64,000 nucleotides of DNA from a virus. Below are positions 46,406 through 56,211 of the stretch, piece by piece. Each line of letters begins with the position of its first letter. Position 1 is the stretch's first letter. The translations under genes were made by a program, and so were the position numbers. The stretch covers positions 32,001 to 96,000 of IMG/VR virus record IMGVR_UViG_3300025581_000001, one strand, 5' to 3'. The notes under the pieces were generated by a model. That model was not told where the DNA came from. It saw nothing but the letters and a program-made list of their open reading frames with translations, and searched no databases.

Positions 46406-47023
46406 ATGGTAAGACCGGAAGACGTGGAAGGCTACAAGCGGATGGTGGCGGCGCACGCCCTGCTGGCGTGGCGCTACCTGCCACCGCAGGTCAGGGCGAC
46501 GACCGACGTCGACGACCTGATTCAGGACGGGCTGATGTTCGCCCGCTTCGGGCTGGCACCGAAGTGGAGGCCTGAATGGGGCAAGTTCACGACCTTGTTG
46601 CACGCCTCGCTGCCGCACTTCTACATGAACAAGATAATGGCGAACGGCGGGCCACGCAAGGCGCAGCGCATTACGCTGGGCGCGGTGTCGATAGAGGACA
46701 TCTGGATAGACCTGTGTCCCTACTTGCACGAGCAGCCGGTGGACAATGCGATGTGCGACCATGTGGTGCGGGCGTTCGAGCGCATCTACTGCGATGGCAG
46801 CCTTCCTTTGCGGGAGAGCCTGCGGCGCTGGTTCCTGAATGCTGGAGTTAATGCTCACAAGCATGGTGCGCGCTTTGAAAGAGACCGGCAGGAGTTCTTG
46901 CGGCTGGCGAGCAGGTACAACGTGGACAAGACCGACTGCCAGATACTTATGGCGAGTGATCGTTGCCAACAGCGGCTTGCGAGTCTATTGCCCGAACAGC
47001 ACTTTGTGCCGGTGACGTTGTGA
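46406..47023 (+). CDS. Phage sigma70-family (region 2) transcription factor
   Basis: LPPQV...DVDDLIQDGL...WRPEWGKFTT matches the sigma region 2 DLxQEG...FDPxRGxKFST pattern. Confidence 0.6.
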   Translation: MVRPEDVEGYKRMVAAHALLAWRYLPPQVRATTDVDDLIQDGLMFARFGLAPKWRPEWGKFTTLLHASLPHFYMNKIMANGGPRKAQRITLGAVSIEDIWIDLCPYLHEQPVDNAMCDHVVRAFERIYCDGSLPLRESLRRWFLNAGVNAHKHGARFERDRQEFLRLASRYNVDKTDCQILMASDRCQQRLASLLPEQHFVPVTL

Positions 47024-47772
47024 ACGGCTGCGGAAGACAAATCGGGGCTTTCGATTGCTGCACGGTGGTGCAGGGCGATTGTCTGAAGTTGATTCGGCAA
47101 CTGCCAATGGGTGGCGTCAGCCTGTGCGCGACTGACCCTCCGTATGGAATCGACTACCAGTCGAACATGCGGACGCGAAGCGACAAGTTCAGGAAACTGG
47201 CCAACGACGCCAATGACTCGCGCTTTGAGATGTACCACCAGCTGCGGCGGGTGCTGGCGATGAACTCAGTCTTGGTCAGCTTCTGCAGCTGGAAGAACTA
47301 CGCGGTGGACTACGTGGAGTTGCAAAAGTGGTTCACGGTGCGCAATGCCATCGTGTGGAACAAGGGAGGTGGAGGCATCGGCGACTTGAAGCACAGCCTA
47401 GCCACCGACTACGAGATGGCAATCGTGGCCCACTGGGGCAAATGCAAGCTGCGGGGCAAGCGCGACGGCAGCGTGTGGACGGTGGGCAAGATTAACCCCA
47501 ACGCGATGGAGCACGCCACCGAGAAGCCGGTGGCGCTGTTCGAGAAGATCATCGCCAAGTTCTCCGACCCTGGTGCGTTGGTGCTCGACCCGTACTGCGG
47601 CGGGGGCAGCTGCCTGATTGCGGCGCGCAGGCTGGGGCGTCACTTCCTTGGATTCGAGCTGGATGAGAAGTACTGCCGAATGGCGGCTAAGCGGGTAGCG
47701 CGAGTGGAGCCCATGCCGCAGATGCAAACCAAGGGGAGCAAGTCGTTCGAGTACTTCAACGTGCTGCGATGA
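47020..47772 (+). CDS. N4-cytosine/N6-adenine DNA methyltransferase (beta class) 1
   Basis: TDPPY, HATEKP, VLDPYCGGGS, GFELD. Confidence 0.9.
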   Translation: MNGCGRQIGAFDCCTVVQGDCLKLIRQLPMGGVSLCATDPPYGIDYQSNMRTRSDKFRKLANDANDSRFEMYHQLRRVLAMNSVLVSFCSWKNYAVDYVELQKWFTVRNAIVWNKGGGGIGDLKHSLATDYEMAIVAHWGKCKLRGKRDGSVWTVGKINPNAMEHATEKPVALFEKIIAKFSDPGALVLDPYCGGGSCLIAARRLGRHFLGFELDEKYCRMAAKRVARVEPMPQMQTKGSKSFEYFNVLR

Positions 47773-48020
47773 GAATAAAGCCGGGTAGCGTATTCGTTTG
47801 TCAGCGATGTGAACGCCGCTTCACCGAGGAGGACTTCGGCAAGCTGCGCTTCTTCCCGTCGACCGGCATCTGCCGCGTCTGCTACATCGAGGCGATGGGC
47901 GACGGTAGCGTGTGCTTCGGCAAACGCGAGTACCTGGATGTTGAGAAGACGGCGTGCAAGCGGGTCTGTCCAGATAGATTTGTGTGCAGACTTTTCGTGA
48001 AGCTAGAGGAGTTGCTGTGA
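47769..48020 (+). CDS. Cys-rich small protein
   Basis: CxxC, CxxC, CFGK, CxxxCPDxxxC. Confidence 0.6.
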   Translation: MRIKPGSVFVCQRCERRFTEEDFGKLRFFPSTGICRVCYIEAMGDGSVCFGKREYLDVEKTACKRVCPDRFVCRLFVKLEELL

Positions 48021-48283
48021 GTGTTTTTGTAGACAATATGGAGGCTCCATTTGGCCGCATGATAATGTGCCACATGATTGCGGACTCGACAGAAGAGCTT
48101 TGCTTGATGGCCTGCAAGATTGGCGTTGCTCGGAAGTGGATTCAGAAGAAGGGGACTGTCTACGAGCACTTTGACATCTGCCAATCAAAGCGTAATAAGG
48201 CTATTGCGATGGGTGCGGTAGAGACTACTAAAAAGGACTTGGTCCGAATGCTGCACGACCGCAGAAAGAAGGCGTCAAAGTGA
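48017..48283 (+). CDS. DUF4031 family protein
   Basis: VFVD...MCHMIADSxEEL...IGVxRKWxQ...HFDI. Confidence 0.85.
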   Translation: MSVFVDNMEAPFGRMIMCHMIADSTEELCLMACKIGVARKWIQKKGTVYEHFDICQSKRNKAIAMGAVETTKKDLVRMLHDRRKKASK

Positions 48284-48627
48284 ACCCGTTCCGCAATCCC
48301 GGCTCGCTGGCTCACCAAGCTTTCAAGATGGCGCTGCAAGGCACCAGTTTCGATGCGCTGCAAGCCTTGGCGAAGAAGAAGGGTGGTGATGCCTACCATT
48401 TGTTCGCGCACCTGCGCGCAGGCAAGCACAAGAACTTCGAATGGGACGTGGACGAGCGGGATGGCAAGTTTGCAATCAGGAGGGTAAGACAGAGTGACAT
48501 GAATGGGGGTGGTAGCAGTGAAGAAGAGAGCCGAGGACGCGATGGTGCGCCAACTACTGAAGGGAGTGGCCCTGGTGGAGCGACGCAAGGAACCACGCAA
48601 GGGCAAGCAGTACCGGAGGAAGAATGA
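48280..48627 (+). CDS. Hypothetical protein
   Basis: GTGA/ATGA overlaps; NPFRxxGS N-terminus. Confidence 0.55.
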   Translation: MNPFRNPGSLAHQAFKMALQGTSFDALQALAKKKGGDAYHLFAHLRAGKHKNFEWDVDERDGKFAIRRVRQSDMNGGGSSEEESRGRDGAPTTEGSGPGGATQGTTQGQAVPEEE

Positions 48628-49394
48628 AGACCGCAAAGCGGCGTGAGGGTTGTGGTCACAAGATTGGTGACTATGATTGCTGCACTGTGGTGTGTGGTGA
48701 CTCCCTGAAGCTGCTGAAGCAGTTGCCTGTGAAGTCTATCGGTGCGGTGGTGACCGATCCGCCGTATGGCACGCAGAACCTCTGCGGCGGGTACGGGATG
48801 CGGCAACTGTATCCCGGCGGAACTGGACGTCGCATCCTCAACGATGAAGATCTGTCCATGATAAGCGGCGCTGTGCCGATGCTCTACCGAGCGCTAAGGA
48901 AAGACAGCTGGATGATGTCGTTCTGCGGAGCGCGCACCATGCTGGAGATGGGAGACTTGATTCGCGGGGTCGGGTTCAAGTCGGTCGGGGAGTTCGTATG
49001 GGACAAGGGGCACGGGCTGGGCTACGGCCCGATTCGCTACATGCACGAGTCGATACTGGTCTTTTCCAAGGGTAAGCCATCGGCTACGACGAGGTGCAGC
49101 ATAAGCATCATACGTGCATGCCCACCTAATCAGGACGCGAGACACCGGCATCCACATGAGAAGCCATTGCGGGTGACACTGCGGCTGGTGTCCATCGTTC
49201 AGGGAGTGGTGCTCGACCCATTTTGCGGAACTGGTTCAGTGGTGGTTGCTGCGAAGATGCAGGGCAAGCACTTTCTCGGATTCGAGCTGGATGCGTCCTA
49301 TGCAGCGGAGGCTCGCAGCAGGCTTGCTAAATGTTCGGTGATGCCGGTAGCAGGCCGGAAGAATGACGGCGCGTTTTTGTATCATGAAATGTGA
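48624..49394 (+). CDS. N4/N6 DNA methyltransferase (beta class) 2
   Basis: TDPPY, HPHEKP, VLDPFCGTGS, GFELD. Confidence 0.9.
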   Translation: MKTAKRREGCGHKIGDYDCCTVVCGDSLKLLKQLPVKSIGAVVTDPPYGTQNLCGGYGMRQLYPGGTGRRILNDEDLSMISGAVPMLYRALRKDSWMMSFCGARTMLEMGDLIRGVGFKSVGEFVWDKGHGLGYGPIRYMHESILVFSKGKPSATTRCSISIIRACPPNQDARHRHPHEKPLRVTLRLVSIVQGVVLDPFCGTGSVVVAAKMQGKHFLGFELDASYAAEARSRLAKCSVMPVAGRKNDGAFLYHEM

Positions 49395-49755
49395 AGCTCT
49401 GGTGGTCATCCAAGACGTGCCGCAGATGCAGCTATGCCAAGTGTGCCCGGAGCCGGGGCACTGCTGCCACGAGATAGTGCTCTATGAGGACGGCGGAGTC
49501 GTTCCGTTCAAGTACAAGCGGGAGACGTGGCGGGCGGATGCCGCCGCCGACATGGAGAGGCAGGGCTTCCCGTTCGTGCCGGTCGCAATCGAGGAGGACT
49601 TGGGCGGCGGCATGGTTTCCGTCAAGCTTGCCTGCCCGAAGCTGTCGGCGGATGGGCGCTGCACGATCTACACAAGCAGGCCGCAGCTGTGCCGAGATTA
49701 TGTTCCGGGCGGCGGTGGTATCTGCGTGTTCGACTTTGAGAAGGAGAGTGAATGA
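49384..49755 (+). CDS. YkgJ-family cysteine cluster protein
   Basis: CxxCxxxGxCC and CPKL...GRCTIYxSRPQLCRDY. Confidence 0.8.
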   Translation: MKCEALVVIQDVPQMQLCQVCPEPGHCCHEIVLYEDGGVVPFKYKRETWRADAAADMERQGFPFVPVAIEEDLGGGMVSVKLACPKLSADGRCTIYTSRPQLCRDYVPGGGGICVFDFEKESE

Positions 49756-50903
49756 AACAAGCGACAGAAGAGTGTGTGGTGAAGAAGGAGCGTCTGCTGG
49801 ATGCGCTGGAGATGCTCGACCAGATTCCGGTGCGAACCAGCCTCCCGACATCGGTGTACGTGAAGGCTACGCCTGTCGGAGGAAGCAAGTTGAGATTCGT
49901 GCGCTTGTACTTGTCGGCTGAGGTCGCAGGCTATGTGGATATAGCACCATATGCTGGATTGTGGCCGTTTGACCATACGGTCTACCTCGACCGTCGATTG
50001 TTGTTTTCATTCTGCTTGGCGGCGCGAACTATCAAGTCGAAGTCGGACTTCAAGTTCAAGGTGCAGAACGGCGAGCTGCTGGTGACCAGTGGTACTCGTA
50101 AGCTGAAGCTGGCGTGTGCGGTCGAGACTGCCGGATACGCGCAGGCTCCGGTTGGCGGCAGCAGGGTGGAAGTCGAGCCAGAGCTGGTGGCCATGTTGCA
50201 GCGGGCGAAGCAATGCACGCAGGGGGAGTGGGCCAAAGCTGAGCTAGAGACCGTGATGCTGAACCCCGAGGACGGAGGCATCGCGCTGTATGCGACTACT
50301 GGAATGCTGCACTTCCGCGCTCAAGTACCCAGCGAGTTGAAGCTGAAACGTCCGACGCCATTCCCGCTGATGCTCATCGACATGCTGAAGGCCAAGGTGC
50401 TGGCTGGGCTGGAGGTCACCGACAAGGAAGTCGTGCTGGTCTACCGGCACGGCAAACTGTGGCAGTCGATGAATGCGGTAGCCCGCAAGGAGTTCCCACT
50501 GGTCAATTTCTCGAAGATGGTGGCCAAGCTGCGTCAGAGTTCGAAGCCATCGTTCACCCTCTATTCGACGGCGCTGTCGGCATCGGTGCAACGGTTGGTG
50601 AGTTATCTGGCGTCGGTGCGCAAGCTGGACTGGATAGTGACGCTCAGCGGCAAGAAGGAGGACAGCAGCCGACTGGGGATGGTGGTCAAGATTAGCGGCG
50701 CGCTGTTTCGCGAGCAGGTGAAGTTGAAGTCATCACTGACTAACGACGTGGATGTTGACTGGCCACTGGATAAAGTGGCGGGTCTGTTGGTGGATGTTGC
50801 TGAGAAGGGGCGAGTCATGGCGGTGTCGCTCGACCAGCAGGGCCGGGCGTATGTGAAAGTGGGCAGTGATATCGAGTTGGTGGTACCGCGTCGTCTTAGG
50901 TAG
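49752..50903 (+). CDS. Divergent DNA sliding clamp (DnaN/beta-like)
   Basis: 383 aa; N-terminal KERLLDAL...RTSLP, central LETVML...IALYATTG and EFP echo beta-clamp motifs; clamp loader present in the same region. Confidence 0.6.
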   Translation: MKQATEECVVKKERLLDALEMLDQIPVRTSLPTSVYVKATPVGGSKLRFVRLYLSAEVAGYVDIAPYAGLWPFDHTVYLDRRLLFSFCLAARTIKSKSDFKFKVQNGELLVTSGTRKLKLACAVETAGYAQAPVGGSRVEVEPELVAMLQRAKQCTQGEWAKAELETVMLNPEDGGIALYATTGMLHFRAQVPSELKLKRPTPFPLMLIDMLKAKVLAGLEVTDKEVVLVYRHGKLWQSMNAVARKEFPLVNFSKMVAKLRQSSKPSFTLYSTALSASVQRLVSYLASVRKLDWIVTLSGKKEDSSRLGMVVKISGALFREQVKLKSSLTNDVDVDWPLDKVAGLLVDVAEKGRVMAVSLDQQGRAYVKVGSDIELVVPRRLR

Positions 50904-50909
50904 CCGAAA

Positions 50910-51572
50910 ATGGGGAAAGTAACAAATGAAACCGGCAAGCGCTACGGAAGATTGACGGTTATTCGTCGGTCTGACAAAGCGACGTATCGAGGAGCCTCTT
51001 GGCTTTGTCGATGTGATTGTGGAATGAAAACCGTGGTTGCAAGTTGCCATCTTCGTAAGGGGGATACTAGAAGTTGCGGGTGCCTGCGAGTTGACGTTGG
51101 CAGAGAACTTCTCACTACGCATGGGCTTTACTACGAACGGATGTCAGAGTACTGGACTTGGAACGACATGATTCGTCGTTGCTATAGCCCGAAACGTAAA
51201 CGGTATCCAGATTACGGTGGTCGTGGAATTCGAGTCTGCAAGCGTTGGCGGGAATCATTTGCTAACTTTTTCGCTGATATGGGGCCACGCCCAAAGAGGC
51301 TGACGCTGGAGCGCAAGAACAACGATGGCAACTACACTCCGAAGAACTGCTGCTGGGCTACCCGAAAGCAGCAGGTTCACAACCGTCGTGATCTTGTTGC
51401 TACGCACAGAAAGCTAACCAGAGAGCAAGCTTACTTCATTCGAGATGCTTATAACGCTGGTGGGGTGACACAGCAGCAACTTGCCGATAAATTCAAAGTG
51501 CATGTCACGAACATAAGTATGATCACACGAAATAAGATTTGGATGCCTGTACCATCACGAGGTGTTCTGTGA
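50910..51572 (+). CDS. HNH-type homing endonuclease with C-terminal HTH
   Basis: GKRYGRLTV, WLCRCDCG, TRSCGC, YGGRGIRVCxRW, TLERxNNDGNYxPxNCxWAT. Confidence 0.88.
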   Translation: MGKVTNETGKRYGRLTVIRRSDKATYRGASWLCRCDCGMKTVVASCHLRKGDTRSCGCLRVDVGRELLTTHGLYYERMSEYWTWNDMIRRCYSPKRKRYPDYGGRGIRVCKRWRESFANFFADMGPRPKRLTLERKNNDGNYTPKNCCWATRKQQVHNRRDLVATHRKLTREQAYFIRDAYNAGGVTQQQLADKFKVHVTNISMITRNKIWMPVPSRGVL

Positions 51573-51582
51573 GGCGGCTGCG

Positions 51583-52654
51583 GTGAAGGGCTGCGGAAGA
51601 AAAATCGGGCCTTACAAGTGCTGCACCGTAGTGCAAGGTGACTGGATGGACGTGCTTCGCAGGTTGCCAAGCGAGAGCGTGCAGTGCGTGGTGACCAGTC
51701 CGCCTTATTGGGGCTTGCGTGATTATGGAACGGCGGTTTGGGAAGGAGGCGACCCGAAATGCAAACATCGTGGAAGTGTAGTACTTGCCGACCGCGCGAG
51801 CGCTAAAAGTCATAAGCAGAGAAGCAACAAAAGGTGCGAACAGTGTGTTCGCAGGTGACTGTCGATGTGGTGCTCGTCGCGTAGATAATCAGCTCGGTCT
51901 GGAGCGAACGCCGGAAGAGTACGTGGCCAAGATAGTCGCAGGCTTTCACAAGGTGCGACGGGTGCTGCGCAGCGATGGGACGTGCTGGTTGAACTTGGGT
52001 GATAGCTACTACAACTACCGGCCGGGAGCGACTGCTTATGTTGCGCAGAGTCTTTCCAAGAAGAACCTGCGAGACATGCCCAGTCAGTGCGCGAAGCGCT
52101 CGGAGCAAATTGTTGGACTCAAGGAAAAAGACCTTGTTGGCATTCCGTGGATGACAGTCTTTGCCTTGCGCGCCGAAGGTTGGTATTTGCGGCAGGACAT
52201 CATCTGGTCAAAGCCTGCGCCTATGCCAGAAAGCGTTCGTGATCGTTGTACTAAGGCGCATGAGTATATTTTCCATTTGACAAAATCGAGGAAGTACTTC
52301 TGCAATATGGGAGCGATTGCAGAACCCCTGCGAAATCGACGTTCTGTATGGACGATAGATACCAAGGGTTATAATGAAGCGCACTTTGCTACGTTTCCGC
52401 CAGAGCTTCCGACGCTTTGTATTAAGGCCGGTACTGAAAGGAAGGGACTAGTGCTTGATCCATTTGCCGGAGCAGGAACCACCTTGCTTATGGCGAAGAA
52501 ATTGGGCCGACACTTCCTTGGAATTGAACTTAGTGAAGAGTACTGCCGGATGTTAACCAAGCGGCTGGCGAAGGTTGAGCCGATGCCCCACATGAAGAAT
52601 CCACGCAAGCCCAACAACAGCCAGTTCGAGTACTTCAACGTGTTGGAGGACTAA
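51583..52654 (+). pseudogene. N4/N6 DNA methyltransferase 3, split by a single extra A (true frameshift or sequencing error)
   Basis: VTSPPYWGLRDYG in one frame; LGLE, WLNLGD, HFATFP, LDPFAGAGT in the next; deleting one A at 51829-51832 joins them. Confidence 0.8.
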
Positions 52655-55512
52655 TGCCACAGTTTGAAAACCTCCTCGGAATTGAACCACCCAAGTCACA
52701 GAAGCTGACCGGCGAGCACCGGGGCTGCGACTACTGCCCGGCGCGCAAGACGTGGCCGTACGGTATCAAGCCAGTGATGGGCACAGTCACTGGCACCAAA
52801 GACATCATGTGCATCGCGCAGAACCCCGGCAAGGATGAGAACGAGGAGGGGCGTGAACTTGTCGGGCCAAGTGGTAAGTTCTGGTGGGATGCACTGCGCA
52901 AGGTCGGTATCAAGCGCAGCGACTGCGATATCCAGAACGCGGTGCGCTGCTGGGTGGTGGAAAAGGACGAGGATGGACATCTGGTAGGCAAGAGTCTGAA
53001 AGCTACCGACAAGGAAGTGCACTGCTGTTCGGTCTACACCGAAGATGCGCTGAAGAAGTCACGGGCCAAGCTGTACCTGATAATCGGGCAGGTCGCCGCC
53101 AAGCAGGTGCTGGGCAATGAATGGACAAAGGGCAGGCCGCAGTTGTTCTACTCTGACAAGTTGGGAGCGAGAGTAGCAATACTTGACCATCCAGCATACT
53201 TCCTGCGAGGTGGTGGCTGGGGCCAGCGGCGCAAGCAGTTCCACAAGATGCTGCGGGTGGTTGCCCACGAGTTGAAACATCCGGCACCCAAGGGGCTGGA
53301 GCGGTTCCACATACTCGGCCAGCAGGAATACATCAAGGTGCAGAGCTACGCGCAAGCGCTGCAAGCCAAGAAGGAACTAGAGCATGCACCCGGACGAGTG
53401 TCGTGCGACGCTGAATGGGACGACGGCAAGATGCTGGTCTATGGCTTCTGCCCCAAGCCGGGCCGCAGCTTGGTGTTCGTGCTCGACCACAAGGAAAACC
53501 TGAAGAATCCCGACCGTGACGCGGTGCGCGAAGTCGTCTGCGAAATCCTGCTGAATCCGAAAATCAGGAAAATCTTCGCACACGGCTCCGGCGACGTGAA
53601 CGAGACCAAGAAGATGCTGGGGGTCAAGGTCAAGGGCTACGACTTCGATGCCGAGTACGCGGCCTACTTCTACGATTCCAGCATGAACTCGTTTGCTGTG
53701 GATACCTGGGCGGCAATGTGGTGGCCAGAGTTTACCGGCTACAAAGAGGTGGTGATGCCCGAGGCTGCTCCCGAGGGCATGGATTATAAGCGCGGGCGCA
53801 AGACCGGCAAGCTGCGCTACGGCAACGTGCCACTGTCCAAGCTGGTGCCCTACAATGGCGCGGACTGCGACATTCCCAAGCGGGTTGAGCTGAAGGTCAG
53901 GAAGCACATACCGATGCCGCTGCTGCGGGTGTACATGGATGCGGCGTTCGTGGTCGACCGCATGGAGAAGGACGGCCCACTGCTCGACCGCAAGCACGTC
54001 GAGGTGATGAAGAAGATCTTCCCGGTGCGCTGGAACCACTACCGTGAGCAGTTGCGGCAGATGGCTGCCGACCCGAACTTCAATCCCAACTCACCTAAGC
54101 AGCTGAAGCCGATGTTGTATGAGCACTTCAAGTTTGACTGCCCAGTCGAGCTGGAGCGGGGCCGCGAGGTCAAGCGCTGGTCGACCGACCAGGACACCGT
54201 GAAGTGGATAATTAGTGAGACCAATCATGAGTTCCCCAAGACGCTGCAGCTGTTCAAGGCGGCGAACACGATTGTGTCGAAGTCGCTTAACAGCTATGAG
54301 AACTCTGCCAACAAGCACGGCGGGGCGCTGCAGACCATCTGGTGGCTGACCGGGGCCATCACCGGGCGCTTGCGCTCCGGTTCCGGCATCATGGGTGCGG
54401 CCAAAGAGAACGGCATTGTTAACCTGCAGAACGTCGACCTCGACCCCATTGTGCAGAACATGCTGATTAGCGACCCACGTTGGTATGACCTGTTCGAGGA
54501 GTGGAAGCGCTCGCTGCAGTATGAATGGAAGTGGAATAAAGTCTTTGCTAAAGACCCTAAGACCAAAGGCTATACCGCTGATGCGGTGGAGCTGCAGGAA
54601 CTATTGCTGCGCAAGGAACGATTTAACGCCAACGACTTCGACGACTTGGAAGTCTACTTGGCGCTCGATCACGGACAACTAGAAGTGCGAGTGCTGGGGC
54701 AGATGTCGCAAGACCCGGTCTATCAGCGCATCTTCGAGTCGGGCAAGGACGTGCACGTGATGTTCGGCGCGGAGCTGACCGGCTGGGCACCAGAGCGAAT
54801 AGCCCACGACAAAGACACCCGCGTGGCAGTCAAGGGAGTGCACTTTGCAATCATCTATGGTAAGCAGCCTCGTGGGGTGTGGCAGCAGCTGAAAGAGAAG
54901 GGTGTGAAGATTACGCTGGCACGAGTCGAGGACTTGTTCAATGCATATTGGAGCAAGTTCAAGCGTGCACGGGCGCTGCTGGAGTCATTCAAGGAGGAGG
55001 CCGAGACCAAGCACTACGTGACCAATCTGTTTGGCTTCCGACGTCCCATTGGTGGAGACGAGAAGCGGAGTACGTTCTCAGAAAATCAAGCCGTGAACTC
55101 GCCAATCCAAGGGACGGCTGGGCAGCTGCTGGTGATTGCGATGGCGCTGATGCAGCGCAAGCGCAAGACCTACAAGCTGCTGCAACGGCTGCGGCTGGAG
55201 ATTCACGACAACAACACGTGGAGCAACAAGCTGAAGCATGTGGGTGCGATGCTGCCGCTGGCCAATAAGCTGCTGTGCGGCGACACCCTGGATGTGGTGC
55301 ACAATGAGTTTGGCATCAACTGGAACGTGCCTCTGGTGTCGGAGGCGTCGGCGGGGTTCCGCATGGGCACCATGATCGACCTTAAGGGTGACGAGTTCAA
55401 CAGGGATGACTTCGTAGGCCGCTGGTGCCTGAAGTGCCTCGACAACAACCTCGCGGTGGAGCGAGAACTTAAGAGTGTAGAGAAATTCGGTGGCGCGGCG
55501 TTTGTGGTCTGA
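52654..55512 (+). CDS. Family A DNA polymerase with N-terminal family-4 uracil-DNA glycosylase domain and 3'-5' exonuclease (SPO1-like)
   Basis: UDG: CxxCP, QNPG..E..EGR..VGPSG, NAVRC, HPAY; Pol: TGRLRS, NLQN, DHGQLEVR, KxxxFxIIYG, NSPIQGTA, IHD. Confidence 0.9.
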   Translation: MPQFENLLGIEPPKSQKLTGEHRGCDYCPARKTWPYGIKPVMGTVTGTKDIMCIAQNPGKDENEEGRELVGPSGKFWWDALRKVGIKRSDCDIQNAVRCWVVEKDEDGHLVGKSLKATDKEVHCCSVYTEDALKKSRAKLYLIIGQVAAKQVLGNEWTKGRPQLFYSDKLGARVAILDHPAYFLRGGGWGQRRKQFHKMLRVVAHELKHPAPKGLERFHILGQQEYIKVQSYAQALQAKKELEHAPGRVSCDAEWDDGKMLVYGFCPKPGRSLVFVLDHKENLKNPDRDAVREVVCEILLNPKIRKIFAHGSGDVNETKKMLGVKVKGYDFDAEYAAYFYDSSMNSFAVDTWAAMWWPEFTGYKEVVMPEAAPEGMDYKRGRKTGKLRYGNVPLSKLVPYNGADCDIPKRVELKVRKHIPMPLLRVYMDAAFVVDRMEKDGPLLDRKHVEVMKKIFPVRWNHYREQLRQMAADPNFNPNSPKQLKPMLYEHFKFDCPVELERGREVKRWSTDQDTVKWIISETNHEFPKTLQLFKAANTIVSKSLNSYENSANKHGGALQTIWWLTGAITGRLRSGSGIMGAAKENGIVNLQNVDLDPIVQNMLISDPRWYDLFEEWKRSLQYEWKWNKVFAKDPKTKGYTADAVELQELLLRKERFNANDFDDLEVYLALDHGQLEVRVLGQMSQDPVYQRIFESGKDVHVMFGAELTGWAPERIAHDKDTRVAVKGVHFAIIYGKQPRGVWQQLKEKGVKITLARVEDLFNAYWSKFKRARALLESFKEEAETKHYVTNLFGFRRPIGGDEKRSTFSENQAVNSPIQGTAGQLLVIAMALMQRKRKTYKLLQRLRLEIHDNNTWSNKLKHVGAMLPLANKLLCGDTLDVVHNEFGINWNVPLVSEASAGFRMGTMIDLKGDEFNRDDFVGRWCLKCLDNNLAVERELKSVEKFGGAAFVV

Positions 55513-55554
55513 AAATGCGGTAGCGGAATTTGTATCATGTAGTAGAGGAAGAAA

Positions 55555-56211
55555 ATGGCAAGAATGACGACAGCGGACTTGAAGGGCGACACTGCTCGCG
55601 GTGCTGCTTATAACTCACGACGCATGTTTAAGTTTGTCGACAAACAACATCGGACATCTGAGCAAGCGAAGCGTCGGCTTGAGCCACCAGCAGAAGATCG
55701 AGACTACGACATCGAGCTGCGCGACTACCTGAAGCAGCCGGTGGACGTGTTGGCGCTCATCAAGAAGTTGGATTTCTCCGAGGAGGACTTCGAAGGTGCG
55801 GCGATGGAGCAGCCTGCGCTCTACTTGGATGCCGCACGGCTGCGGGTGCAGAAGATGCGCAAGCGGGCGCAGGCCAAGATTGCATCCGAGACCGAGAAGG
55901 CGCAGGCTCGCATCCGCATCCAAGGCACGATTCAGGAGAAGAACGACCGCACGACGTTGAAGAAGACGGTGCGCATGGCGGAGCGGGCCTACGAGTACGC
56001 GCTGAGCGTCGAGGAGTTCTGCAAGGGTTTGATGCGGGCTTTTGAGGAGCGCGACAAGGCGATTGCGATTATCAAGGATGCGCGCTGGGCAGAGGCGGGC
56101 AACGTGGTGCGGCGGGTGAAGGAGAAGGAGGGCCGCGACTTGGCGCGGCGTGCGCAGCAGGACGTGCGGCAGCGGTACAGCAAGCTGCGGGAGGACGACG
56201 ATGAAGATTGA
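55555..56211 (+). CDS. Helical coiled-coil protein, possibly UvsY-like recombination mediator
   Basis: All-helical; located between polymerase and SSB/RecA; function is inference. Confidence 0.45.
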   Translation: MARMTTADLKGDTARGAAYNSRRMFKFVDKQHRTSEQAKRRLEPPAEDRDYDIELRDYLKQPVDVLALIKKLDFSEEDFEGAAMEQPALYLDAARLRVQKMRKRAQAKIASETEKAQARIRIQGTIQEKNDRTTLKKTVRMAERAYEYALSVEEFCKGLMRAFEERDKAIAIIKDARWAEAGNVVRRVKEKEGRDLARRAQQDVRQRYSKLREDDDED

